A stretch of 64,000 bases of DNA from Candidatus Thorarchaeota archaeon (GTDB taxonomy: Archaea; Asgardarchaeota; Thorarchaeia; Thorarchaeales; Thorarchaeaceae): the NCBI GenBank assembly GCA_029855935.1, contig JAGSHN010000025.1, positions 64,001 to 128,000 of the forward strand, read 5' to 3'. Under the pieces are notes generated by a model. The model did not search any database. It worked only from the letters and a program-made list of their open reading frames with translations, and was not told the DNA's origin. The stretch's first letter is position 1; each line of letters starts with the position of its first letter. The translations under genes and the position numbers were made by a program. Shown here one piece after another: positions 51,758-61,395 of the stretch.

Positions 51758-52963
51758 ATGCGTAGAAGGAGAGTTATGGTCACACTGTTTGTTCTCGCGA
51801 CAATGCTGGCGCTGACCGTGTTCGTCCCGTCACCAGCGACCGCAACATCATCTGGCTCGGGTGGGACAAACAGCGTCAGTCACGTGGGACTCCTACCGGG
51901 AGACATCATCCTCGGAGAGAACCCGGGGACCAAAAGCAGCAAGCTCGTCCCTGGCAAATACAGCCACGCAATGATGTACTGCGGTGTAGTCCGATCAGGG
52001 GAGAAATACTGGGATCGGACAAATGGTCGCTGGCTGGCGGTGGGTGAGCCGTACATCATCCATTCGACTCCTGATGATGACGATTCGAAAGACGGCCTTG
52101 GATACGACTCGTGGTACACACGCGTTAACGGAGGATATGAGAACCTGCTCGTACTCCGAGTAATGAAGAGCGGCGGAGTACCACTGACAGACAGCGAGAG
52201 ATCTCAAGTTGTCAACTTTCTCCGCAGCAAGCTAAGTGGTGGCAAGGATGGCTACCCCGTCGGGCCCAAGTACGACTACAACTGGCTCAGGAAGGGCGTT
52301 AATCCGCCCTACTACTGCTCGGAGGCAGTCTGGGCGGCCTACAAGTCAGTTCTGGGTATCGACCTTGACGCCGATACATCACCATTCAATATCGGTGTGT
52401 CCCCTGATGACCTGTGGCACTCCCAATACACTTCAGTCATCGCCGGAGAAGACGGGTCATCTCGTTGGAGTGCCAGATATGGCGTCTGTAAGGTGTCAGT
52501 CTACGTGTACAAGATCCACTACAAGGAAGACAAGGATCCGTGGCTAAAGGGCGCAGGCGAAATGTACCTGAAGAGTTTCACGGGCGACAGCCAGTATCCC
52601 ACAGAGGAAGGGTATCCGGGGTGTGGCAAGATTGGCCGGACACCGGATGGCACATGGCCGAGGAATGGAGCTGGCGATCTCTACTGGAGAAAAGACTTCT
52701 ATTCATTCGTCAACTATTACAGATACCTGAAGATTCGCATTGAGGCGTGGGAAGACGACAGCACGGACGGTGATGACCAATTCGACCCCTACCAGATAGT
52801 CTGGTCACCAACCACGTGGCACTCAAAGATTGGTGCTGGCTATCAGTACTATCCAGCCTCAAAGAGCGATTGCATCTACTACATCTACATACGAATTACT
52901 TGGGCCTATGATCCAGTAGGTGGAGGAGGGGGCGGCGGAGGAGGCACGCCGGTCGTAAGATAG
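51758..52963 (+). CDS. Secreted permuted papain-like NlpC/P60 (YiiX/YebB-type) protein with extra C-terminal domain
   Basis: Signal peptide; LLPGDII, YSHAMMY, YD, YYCSEAVWAAY, VSPDDL (His before Cys); poly-Gly tail. Confidence 0.78.
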   Translation: MRRRRVMVTLFVLATMLALTVFVPSPATATSSGSGGTNSVSHVGLLPGDIILGENPGTKSSKLVPGKYSHAMMYCGVVRSGEKYWDRTNGRWLAVGEPYIIHSTPDDDDSKDGLGYDSWYTRVNGGYENLLVLRVMKSGGVPLTDSERSQVVNFLRSKLSGGKDGYPVGPKYDYNWLRKGVNPPYYCSEAVWAAYKSVLGIDLDADTSPFNIGVSPDDLWHSQYTSVIAGEDGSSRWSARYGVCKVSVYVYKIHYKEDKDPWLKGAGEMYLKSFTGDSQYPTEEGYPGCGKIGRTPDGTWPRNGAGDLYWRKDFYSFVNYYRYLKIRIEAWEDDSTDGDDQFDPYQIVWSPTTWHSKIGAGYQYYPASKSDCIYYIYIRITWAYDPVGGGGGGGGGTPVVR

Positions 52964-53167
52964 ATTCTACAAAATGGCACATACGGGGCGAGCCCGCTAA
53001 TTCGGCGTGGTCCGCCCGCCCATTCTTTTCTGTGAGATTCTCGTTCTGTTGGCTTGGCCATATTGTGAGAGCTATATTGAAGAACCGATGATCTTCTCGT
53101 GGGCGGCCAGTAGGGTTCTTATCATCACTGCAAATACGTCTTTGAGAGGACCCCGCATTCCAAGAAG

Positions 53168-55084
53168 GTGGCCAAGATCAGAATCGCATACGTCGAGACC
53201 CTCGGAAGGTCAAGACACTACGAAGTCCCGGACAATGCCGCCGTAGTCAGTCTGGCTGAGCGGCACATAGAGCAGGTCAACCTCACGCCACTGAGCAGTC
53301 TCACCAGTCTACGGAGCCTCAGTCTGTATAGGAACAGGATAGTTGCTCTGAACCTTGAGCCACTGGCCTCCTGCAAGAAACTTGTCCGACTAGATCTTGC
53401 CCAGAACCGCCTCAAGGCGCTCGACCTCTCACCCGTTGCTTCACTCCACAACCTACGGGAACTACGCATCGAGAGCAACCTCCTTGAGAGGATAGATCTG
53501 TCGCCTCTCGGCTCCTGTCAGAGATTGACAGTTCTCGACATCAGCACCAACAGACTGAGAGAGATTGATCTCTCTCCTCTGGCCAGGTGCACCAGCCTCC
53601 GGGAGATTCGTCTTGCGGGCAACAAGATCCAGCGCATTGACCTCTCACCTCTTGCGCGACTGGCTAATCTCAGAGTGATCGACCTCTCCGGGAACGAACT
53701 ACAACTCATCGAGCTGTCTCCACTCAGCGATTGCAGAGGACTACTCGAACTCGGTCTGTCAAAGAACAGGCTGCGCATGCTGGATCTCAGCCCTCTTGAC
53801 TTCCACGACAGAATCAGAGAGCTGGATGTGTCGGGCAACAGGCTGACTCGTCTGATCCTACCGTGCTCAAGCGGGCTCCGCATCCTCGTCGCAAGTGACT
53901 GTGGTCTGACGCGTATCGACCTCACTCCGCTGGGAGTCGGAAGAGGCCTTGAGACTCTCGACCTGAGCAAGAATCGTCTGTCGGAGATTGACTTGAGACC
54001 ACTGTCGAACTGTCCGAACTTCAGGTCATTGGTACTCTCCTCCAACATCCTGACCGAGGTGGACCTTAGACCCTTGAGCGACTGCCCGCAGACGAGCCTG
54101 GTGTCCCTCGACGGCAACTCGATTGAGAGGCTTGACCTCTCCCCATTGAGTGGACTCAAGAGGCTCAGGACACTCTCTCTTGATGGCAATGACCTGCCCG
54201 ACATAGATCTCAGCCCCCTTGCCAGTTGCACGGGTCTTCGTGTTCTGACTCTAGACAAGGTGGGTGCAAGGCAGCTGGATGTCCTGCCGTTGTTCTGCTG
54301 CAGAGACTTGGAAGACCTTGTTGTGGCGAGGAGAAGCAGGCTGAAGACTATATACACGCCTGTGTTCGTGGACTGGCCCGTAGGTCTGGCGCAGAAGAGG
54401 AAACGAATCGAGGTAGTAGAGAAACTGAGACTCAGGACGGGCGAGTGGTCCCGACTGGCCAGGCACGCCATCGCCTTCTGCAGGAACATCGGGGATGACG
54501 CTGAACGTCTCTCATTTCAGGCGACGCTTCTTCGGCTAACTGGCAATGGCGATCTCGTGGCGCTCGACATCAATCTCGTGCCTATCCTCTTGACGACGGA
54601 GGGGCTCAACTCGATGCAGGAGATCACGAACGCACTGCGCGAACATCTCTTGGTGGCTCTTCACGAGCAGGTCGAGAGGGGAGGACCTACCCACTTTGTG
54701 GCTGTGGAACGTCTTGAGGAGAGCCCCACAACAAGATCACTGGCTGAGAGCGTGAAACGCGCACGAGGGGAGGAGATGGAAACCGCCTACGTGTTGGCAA
54801 GGGATGATACTGTTGACTTGAGACCCCTGTGGCTCACCTACATCGGTTTCAGGAGGCTAAGAACTATGAATGTCGGTCTAGAGGTCGAAAAGGGTAGTCT
54901 CGGACCGATAGTCGAGGCCTTCCGCAAGATGGGCTATGACCTCAGAGTGCTTGACCGACCTGACCCGCAGGCCCTGCCAAGGATGTCTGCCGGAATGAGA
55001 CGATTCCTGATATGGGCTGTTGAACGTCAGACCGCTGATGAGGACGCAAACGGGCGCCCTACGAGGGATGAGGACACCCGCTGA
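53168..55084 (+). CDS. Leucine-rich repeat protein
   Basis: About 14 22-aa repeats LxxLxLxxNxLxxIDLSPLxxC; helical C-terminus with VDLRPLWLT. Confidence 0.92.
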   Translation: MAKIRIAYVETLGRSRHYEVPDNAAVVSLAERHIEQVNLTPLSSLTSLRSLSLYRNRIVALNLEPLASCKKLVRLDLAQNRLKALDLSPVASLHNLRELRIESNLLERIDLSPLGSCQRLTVLDISTNRLREIDLSPLARCTSLREIRLAGNKIQRIDLSPLARLANLRVIDLSGNELQLIELSPLSDCRGLLELGLSKNRLRMLDLSPLDFHDRIRELDVSGNRLTRLILPCSSGLRILVASDCGLTRIDLTPLGVGRGLETLDLSKNRLSEIDLRPLSNCPNFRSLVLSSNILTEVDLRPLSDCPQTSLVSLDGNSIERLDLSPLSGLKRLRTLSLDGNDLPDIDLSPLASCTGLRVLTLDKVGARQLDVLPLFCCRDLEDLVVARRSRLKTIYTPVFVDWPVGLAQKRKRIEVVEKLRLRTGEWSRLARHAIAFCRNIGDDAERLSFQATLLRLTGNGDLVALDINLVPILLTTEGLNSMQEITNALREHLLVALHEQVERGGPTHFVAVERLEESPTTRSLAESVKRARGEEMETAYVLARDDTVDLRPLWLTYIGFRRLRTMNVGLEVEKGSLGPIVEAFRKMGYDLRVLDRPDPQALPRMSAGMRRFLIWAVERQTADEDANGRPTRDEDTR

Positions 55085-57148
55085 CTATGCGACCTTGCTG
55101 CCCGGAGGAACGCTCTCCACCGTGAGGGGTTTCCACTTCCCAGGCTGGTCTGCATATTCTATCGCAAGAATCATTCCCTGCGACTCAATGCCGGCCAACT
55201 TCTTCGGCTCGAGATTGACGAGAAACAGTGCTGTCAGACCCTCGAGTTCCTCAGGAGCATACTGGTCCGCCAGTCCTGTCACGATCGTCCGTTCCTCGTC
55301 CCCAATGTCAACTCTCATCTTGAGGAGCTTCTTCGTCTTCGGGACCCTCTCGCACTCAAGAATCTTGCCTGCACGAATGTCCATCCGCTTGAACTCGTCA
55401 AATGTCACGGTCTCCATCTGTGACTCACCACCTTCCTCTGTTGTGCCCTCCCCGCGCTCAGCCCGTCTGATACGGGTTTCGATTGTAGACTTGAGTTCGG
55501 CGAGTAGCCTGTCGTCTATCTTGGCTATGACAGGTACTGGGCGCCCCATCCTGTGTCCGATGGGCAGAGGCACGAGAGCCTCCTCAAGTAGAATGGAGTG
55601 TATCTCAGATGACTCGAATCCCAGCTGCTCCCAGATCTTTTCAGCCACGCCCGGCATCATGGGCTCAATGAGGATTGCCAAAGCCTTGACGATTGCAAGT
55701 GCGTCATACAGCACACGTCCGCACGCCGCCTTGTCCTCCTTCACCAGTACCCACGGTGTGTTGGACTGGAAGTACTCGTTGCCGAAGGAGGCCAGCTGCA
55801 TAATATCGTCGGCCACCTTCTTCAACTCGTACTCGTTCACCGCAGCCACGATGCTGTCTATTGTACTCCTGATCCTATCTAACACCTCTTCTGAGATCTC
55901 GCCCTCGGGAACGGCACCAAAGTGCTTGTGAGTGAAGTGAAGTGCCCGGTAGACAAAGTTGCCGAACACTCCCACAAGCTCAGTGTTGACCTTGTCGTGA
56001 AACGTGTCCCACGAGAAGTCGAGGTCACGCGTCTGACCTGTCGTCGCCACCATATAGTACCGGAGATAGTCAGGGTCAAGACCTTTTGACAGGTAGTCAT
56101 CATCTATCCAGACAACGTATCCTCGGCTGCGGCTGAAGTTGTGACCCTCAATCTTGACCATCCCGGATGCTACAATGGCATATGGAAGATTGTATCCACT
56201 ACCCTTCAGCATACTGGGCCAGAAGATGCAGTGATGATACACTATGTCCTGACCAATGTAATGCACGATCTTCCCATCGCCCGGGCGCCAGAACTTCTCC
56301 CACGCATCGGGTTGCTCGGTCTTCTTGGCCCACTCCTCGGTACTGGAGATGTAGTGAATTGGCGCGTCGACCCAGACATACAGCGTCAGACTCTCATCAC
56401 CAGGGAACTTGACCCCCCACTCCAGGTCACGCGTTATGCACCAGTCCTTCAGGCCATCGCGAATCCAACCCAGAGCATAGTTCTTCGCATTCTTTGTGCC
56501 ATCCACACTCTCAAGGTACTCCTTGAGAAAGTCCTCGAACGCGGTCAGCTTGAAGTAGTAGTGACGCCTCCTCACTGGTCGAGTTGGAGAACCGCAGATG
56601 GCACAGCGCGGATTCAGTATCTCGCCCGGTTCGAGGTATCTTCCGCATCCCTGGTCACACTCGTCTCCGCGGGCGTCCGCATGACAGTAGGGACATTCAC
56701 CTCGCACAAACCTGTCAGGGAGGGAACGTCCACAGTTGTCACAGTACGGCGTCTCAAGCTCCTTGGAATAGATGTAGCCGTTCTCCTGCAGAGCACGCAC
56801 TATCTCGTGCGTCCGATGATGGTTCTCGGGATCATCTGTGGTGCCATAGTTGTCGAAGATGATATTCAGTCTCGGAAAGATCTCGACATAGTGTTGATGG
56901 TAGCGTCTGAATAACTCCTCCGGTGTGACACCCTCGCGCTCGGCCGCCGTGACGATCGGGGTCCCGTGGGTGTCAGAACCACAGACGAAGACCACCTCCG
57001 TCTGCATCTTCCTGAGGAGCCTGACGAAGACATCGGCCGGGACATAGGTCCGGAGGTGGCCTATATGCATCGGCCCGCTGGCGTACGGTAGTCCGCAGGT
57101 CACGAGCACGGGTGATTTGGTTGGGTATGTCTTGCGTACATCGTTCAC
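55085..57148 (-). CDS. metG: Methionine--tRNA ligase with C-terminal tRNA-binding domain
   Basis: LPYASGPMHIGH, Zn knuckles, YVWVDAP, FSRSRG, C-terminal OB fold; GTG start about 9 nt after AGGAG (57157 also possible). Confidence 0.96.
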   Translation of the reverse strand: MNDVRKTYPTKSPVLVTCGLPYASGPMHIGHLRTYVPADVFVRLLRKMQTEVVFVCGSDTHGTPIVTAAEREGVTPEELFRRYHQHYVEIFPRLNIIFDNYGTTDDPENHHRTHEIVRALQENGYIYSKELETPYCDNCGRSLPDRFVRGECPYCHADARGDECDQGCGRYLEPGEILNPRCAICGSPTRPVRRRHYYFKLTAFEDFLKEYLESVDGTKNAKNYALGWIRDGLKDWCITRDLEWGVKFPGDESLTLYVWVDAPIHYISSTEEWAKKTEQPDAWEKFWRPGDGKIVHYIGQDIVYHHCIFWPSMLKGSGYNLPYAIVASGMVKIEGHNFSRSRGYVVWIDDDYLSKGLDPDYLRYYMVATTGQTRDLDFSWDTFHDKVNTELVGVFGNFVYRALHFTHKHFGAVPEGEISEEVLDRIRSTIDSIVAAVNEYELKKVADDIMQLASFGNEYFQSNTPWVLVKEDKAACGRVLYDALAIVKALAILIEPMMPGVAEKIWEQLGFESSEIHSILLEEALVPLPIGHRMGRPVPVIAKIDDRLLAELKSTIETRIRRAERGEGTTEEGGESQMETVTFDEFKRMDIRAGKILECERVPKTKKLLKMRVDIGDEERTIVTGLADQYAPEELEGLTALFLVNLEPKKLAGIESQGMILAIEYADQPGKWKPLTVESVPPGSKVA

Positions 57149-57164
57149 GTTCGTCACACTCCTC

Positions 57165-57400
57165 TGTCTGTGATGTTGGCGGAAGATGCTCTGTCTGAAC
57201 AATGAGACCCGGAGGCTGATTCGTCGAGACCGAGAAGAGTCAGTTCGACCGTCCGCAACAGGCCGGGCAGGACATCAAGAACGAATATGGTTCGGACTGG
57301 ATGGGCCAGGTCCGGAACCAACCTCAGATCCTGCTCGTCATACTCGGTCTCTCTTCTTCTCGGGTTGTCTTCTGTGAGCGCTTCTTCCCACCTTAGAATC
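57165..57400 (-). promoter_or_regulatory. Structured 5' leader of metG (long nested hairpin, apical loop CCCAU)
   Basis: GGAAGA/TCTTCC, ACCCG/CGGGT, GAGACCGAG/CTCGGTCTC, GCAGGA/TCCTGC, TGGTTC-GGAC-TGG/CCA-GTCC-GAACCA; TTATAT box at about 57427-57432. Confidence 0.7.
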
Positions 57401-57565
57401 GACGAAGCTGAGTGCGATGCGACCGGATATAACTGTAACGATGGACTGGCGTTGTTTCAGGCTTGCCGCCACTGGGAGAGAACGTGGCATAGAATGGACC
57501 ATCCAACGCTGAAGTCTTGATGCCACAGATGAGGCTCGCTAGGAGAGCACAGAACCCACATACGC

Positions 57566-58024
57566 TCACACAGGTGGAAACATCAGGACGAGGAACATGG
57601 CAAGTATCCCAAGACCAAGGAACACGCTTGCCGCACGACTCGCCCAATATCTGCGTGCCACAATCTTTGCGTAGAAGTTCGATATGTCAGCCGGGACCTC
57701 AAGCGAACAGACAACAAGCATAGGCTGCAGTATCAGCAGACCAAAGCACAGACTGATCAGTAGAAGGATAGGGGGGACCAGAAAGACGGGCAACCAATAC
57801 CCGACCAGAGTATCAGCAACAGTATGTTTCAGCAACGCAACATAGATTGTGACCAGTCCAGCATCTGTCGGCACAATCACCCTAGAGAAGTCGGTAGCCC
57901 CCCTCAGACCAGACAGGATGAGGTCCGACCTTATCGACAGGAAGAACTCGTCCGTCTTCGACAGCTTCTCGCCAATCAGGGGTTCACGCTCTGCGGATGA
58001 CATATTGTCTATCCCTCTTCGCAA
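57566..58024 (-). CDS. Hypothetical membrane protein (about 3 TM)
   Basis: ORF composition. Confidence 0.55.
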   Translation of the reverse strand: MRRGIDNMSSAEREPLIGEKLSKTDEFFLSIRSDLILSGLRGATDFSRVIVPTDAGLVTIYVALLKHTVADTLVGYWLPVFLVPPILLLISLCFGLLILQPMLVVCSLEVPADISNFYAKIVARRYWASRAASVFLGLGILAMFLVLMFPPV

Positions 58025-58275
58025 TCGATAAACTCAAGTCTTGCCTCTCTAGGATGTGTTGTGGAAAAACGTACGTACACTGTGAATTCTTTCCCGCAGT
58101 GGCAACATTCTGCAACTGCCTGTCGTTTCACCACCCTCTCCCGAGGACTACCTAATATCCGAACCGTCACGAAGCCCAATACATCTGTTCCCCTTATGTT
58201 CCATCTGCACCGGCAGGTTTCGTGGCAGTAGGGGCATATAACATCCCTTTCAACGTAGTCGGACAACCCGCTCAC
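58009..58275 (-). CDS. Small zinc-ribbon protein
   Basis: CPYC...CCHC. Confidence 0.55.
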   Translation of the reverse strand: MSGLSDYVERDVICPYCHETCRCRWNIRGTDVLGFVTVRILGSPRERVVKRQAVAECCHCGKEFTVYVRFSTTHPREARLEFIDCEEG

Positions 58276-58420
58276 ATCGCTGTTTCGTTGTTGCTGTTGT
58301 GTCCTGAGTCAGAATCATCCGGGTCCTATTTATGTACTGTGAGTGTACAGGCCCTATTCGCTCCCTCTGGTTCGGATTGGCTCTGTGGATGCTGGTCTGC
58401 AATATTGCGGACAGCCACAC

Positions 58421-59197
58421 TCAGAATTCGTCAAGCCGACCCATTACAATCCTCTTTGCCACATCACTCCGCCCACGCGCCCGCAGTATCATCAATACGG
58501 CACGGATGTCCTCGTATCTGATCTTGATGTTGTCACTCTGCTCTACGAGGGTGAGAGCATCACGGGCCAGCGTTCGCGACCTTATCTTGTCCTGAAAGAT
58601 GTCAGCGGCACGCATGAGGGCAGATATCTTCTGTCGGACGAACAGCACAGCTGCATCATTGTCGTCAACGGTGATTGCCTCCCGAAGGAACTTGTCAAGG
58701 GACCTGTGCGCACTACGATCCACATCGCCACGCACTCTGATGAAGTACTTGCAGTTGACGACATAGGCGTCCGCTGGAGCCTCGTGACACCCTCCAACGA
58801 TTAGGACATCCACTCCAAGTCTGACAGGTTCCACAAAGAGACGGCTCAGAGTGTTGTAGAGCGTGATGCTGACATCGATATCGTCACAGAGGACCAGTGT
58901 CCTGTGCTGAAGAACGCAGGCCAGCATATCAGTGAACAGGCCGCCGAAGACCTTCACGACACCACGGAGACTCATCCCCCGAGGCTCAGGTGTCCCAGTC
59001 AATCCGGCCTGATCGATATTCTGGACCCTGCGGACACTAAGGTCTGGCTCCACGAACACCAGGAGGGTGTGGGGACAGTCAGACCCGGGTCCTACAACCA
59101 CCTTTGTGAGTCCACGACTGTATTGGACATCAGAGACCTTGACCCTTCGTCTTTTCCTGCAGACAGGACACACAACGTCGACAGTAGTCGTAGCCAA
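58421..59197 (-). CDS. Hypothetical protein with N-terminal Zn-binding domain and possible DENN-like core
   Basis: CPVC...CPH..VFV N-terminal domain; LACVLQHRTLVLC..LYNTLSRLF. Confidence 0.7.
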   Translation of the reverse strand: MATTTVDVVCPVCRKRRRVKVSDVQYSRGLTKVVVGPGSDCPHTLLVFVEPDLSVRRVQNIDQAGLTGTPEPRGMSLRGVVKVFGGLFTDMLACVLQHRTLVLCDDIDVSITLYNTLSRLFVEPVRLGVDVLIVGGCHEAPADAYVVNCKYFIRVRGDVDRSAHRSLDKFLREAITVDDNDAAVLFVRQKISALMRAADIFQDKIRSRTLARDALTLVEQSDNIKIRYEDIRAVLMILRARGRSDVAKRIVMGRLDEF

Positions 59198-59211
59198 CCG
59201 TACCCCCTCAC

Positions 59212-59880
59212 TTACTCTCTTGCCAAGATGACCCCACCGATGCAGAGAAGCATAACCGATATCGTCCGCAGAGAATAGAACAGCGGCTTGAGCTCGACCA
59301 CTGGCCAGATGAACAGGATCGCCGAGTAAAGGACAAAACTTGCTCCTATCAGCAGAGCCCAGTCGACCCCCGTCACCCAGAAGTGACGGAGGAAGATCAG
59401 ACCGATGAATAGGACAAAGGGGACAAGATCAACCACCACCCACCAGCTCATGTTGTGGACTGGCAGATGGGTCTCGGGATTGAAGAATGCCCAAGGCGTA
59501 TCACCAGGCAGGAAGAAGGCGAACAAGGTGGTCCCCGCCGCATAGGGAACGACATAGAGGGCTGTGACCAGTTCTCGGGCAAAACGACGCGATGTGACGA
59601 ACGGAACAGTGGCATAGAGCAGGAGGCCGACTGTACCCGTTCCTCCGAGATTGACGTACACCCACATCGCAGTCGTCCCGAGAGGAGACGTGATGTCAAT
59701 CTCGTTGAACACCAGCCACGAGTTGATCACGTGGCCCATAGCATAGAGAATGAAGGCAAGACCCCACATAAGGCGCCGTGGTCGTTCCCCGCGATAGTAT
59801 GCCACAAAGAATGTCAATCCGGCAATCACGGCAACGCTCGCTGACACGACAGATGTAGCAAAATGAATCCAGTCGACCAC
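59212..59880 (-). CDS. Hypothetical membrane protein (about 7 TM)
   Basis: Hydrophobic ORF. Confidence 0.7.
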   Translation of the reverse strand: MVDWIHFATSVVSASVAVIAGLTFFVAYYRGERPRRLMWGLAFILYAMGHVINSWLVFNEIDITSPLGTTAMWVYVNLGGTGTVGLLLYATVPFVTSRRFARELVTALYVVPYAAGTTLFAFFLPGDTPWAFFNPETHLPVHNMSWWVVVDLVPFVLFIGLIFLRHFWVTGVDWALLIGASFVLYSAILFIWPVVELKPLFYSLRTISVMLLCIGGVILARE

Positions 59881-60597
59881 GACACCTCACCAGCGAAACG
59901 ATGGGAAAACTGTCCTTTAACAATTTCCACGTCCTCAGGCCGCCAATCCCCGTCATCTCCTCTGGTGTGGGGGCCAGCCATGACGGACAGCCCCCACTGT
60001 GTCTCGCTTGCCGGGAGGTGCACGTGAGACAGCGAATGAGACCTCATTTCAAGGAATGAGGAGCGTAGGGTCATTCTCTACGAGCCCGAATAGAGGTAAC
60101 GCAGCGTTTCGGCGTCAGCATCCGTTGGGTCACGATCACTGTCGAGCAGTCCGTACAGAACGTGAAGCACCTGTGCGTTTCTCTGGAGCGTGGAACTGGG
60201 CAGCCGGGACTTGTTCGTCTTCTCGGTCATCACTCGCTTCTCCGTGTTCGCTTTCTGTGGTATAACTGACCTCCATTTCCGGTGGACAGGCTAATAAGGA
60301 TTGGTGCAACCCAGATATGCTCACCGTAGTCCCTGCATGTAACAAGGAGCCCCCGCGAGATTCCTCTCGTGATTACCATAGCGCCCGATCTAGCGATAGA
60401 CCAAGAGCGGCCAGTCTACACAGTTTCACTCAAGAGGTGAGAAGATGGAGGACAGACCACGAGACTCGAACGCAGGAGCAGACGCCTGGGCGGCAGGACC
60501 GATGCGACTCCCCTTCTGGCCGGCTTAGTCACAGTTAGAGTATTGTCGGGAGGAGATTCAATAGTCCTTTGATCAGATGAGGGCAATGTGACGGGCA

Positions 60598-61395
60598 TTG
60601 GGGCCTCGGGAAAGGTTCCACACAGCGGTCGAGCGTGAGGAGCCCGACAGAGTGCCACTGGATGTCTGGATAACTCCTGCAGCCTATGAACGCGTCCGCT
60701 ATCATCCTGGAATCAATGCGTCGGAGAGACTTGAGTGGGGAATAATGGCGCCGCTCAAGGTGTCAAAGGAGTTTCTGCACAGGCTTCACATAGACTACAG
60801 AAGTGTATACATGAATCCCTCCTCCAAGTTCAAGCCAAGACGTACCTGGATGGGAGTACGGACACGGAGTTCGGCCTCAGGGGCAAGTGGTATGGCCCCC
60901 ACTGGGAGATCGTGTATCACCCGTGGGCGGACTTCACGGAGATTAAGGAGGTGGAGGCCTACGAGTGGCCTGACCCAGAAGACCCCTCTCGTATGAAGGG
61001 CGTTGCCGATTGGGCGAGATACCAGCATGAGAAAACAGACTACGCGGTTGTAGGTATGGTAGGCGGACCTTGGGGCGCATTTGAGATCTGTGCTCACTAT
61101 ATGCGGGGATTCGGGAAGTTCCTGTTGACATGGTGGAGAATCCGAGATTCGCAGAGGCGATGATGGACAAATCCAAGCGGCTCGCCATTGAGATGAATCG
61201 TGTGTTTCTAGATGAGGTCGGGGAGTACCTTGATCTCGTATTTGTGGGGGATGACCTCGGACATCAGCACGGTCTGATAGTGAGCCCGAAGATGTTCCGC
61301 TCGATGGTGAAGCCACGAGTCAAGAGAATCTATCAGGACATCAGGCGCAGATCACCTCACGTGAAGATCCTCTATCACAGCTGTGGCGCACATCT
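60598..61395 (+). pseudogene. Frameshifted URO-D-family methylcobamide methyltransferase
   Basis: EEPDRVPLD / YEWPDP..HYMRG / GDDLG...YHSCG split across three frames and truncated. Confidence 0.85.

Noticed and set aside
53240-54300. 66-bp periodic DNA repeats as a possible CRISPR array
   Set aside because: Degenerate, in frame, and explained by LRR coding.
57149-57202. N-terminal extension of metG in the ORF track, likewise the extended starts at 31173, 39892, 40038 and 36643
   Set aside because: Non-homologous sequence upstream of better SD-supported or homology-supported starts.
59881-60597. Several short hairpins as a possible cobalamin riboswitch upstream of corrinoid genes
   Set aside because: No B12-box or core consensus recognised; the region looks decayed.
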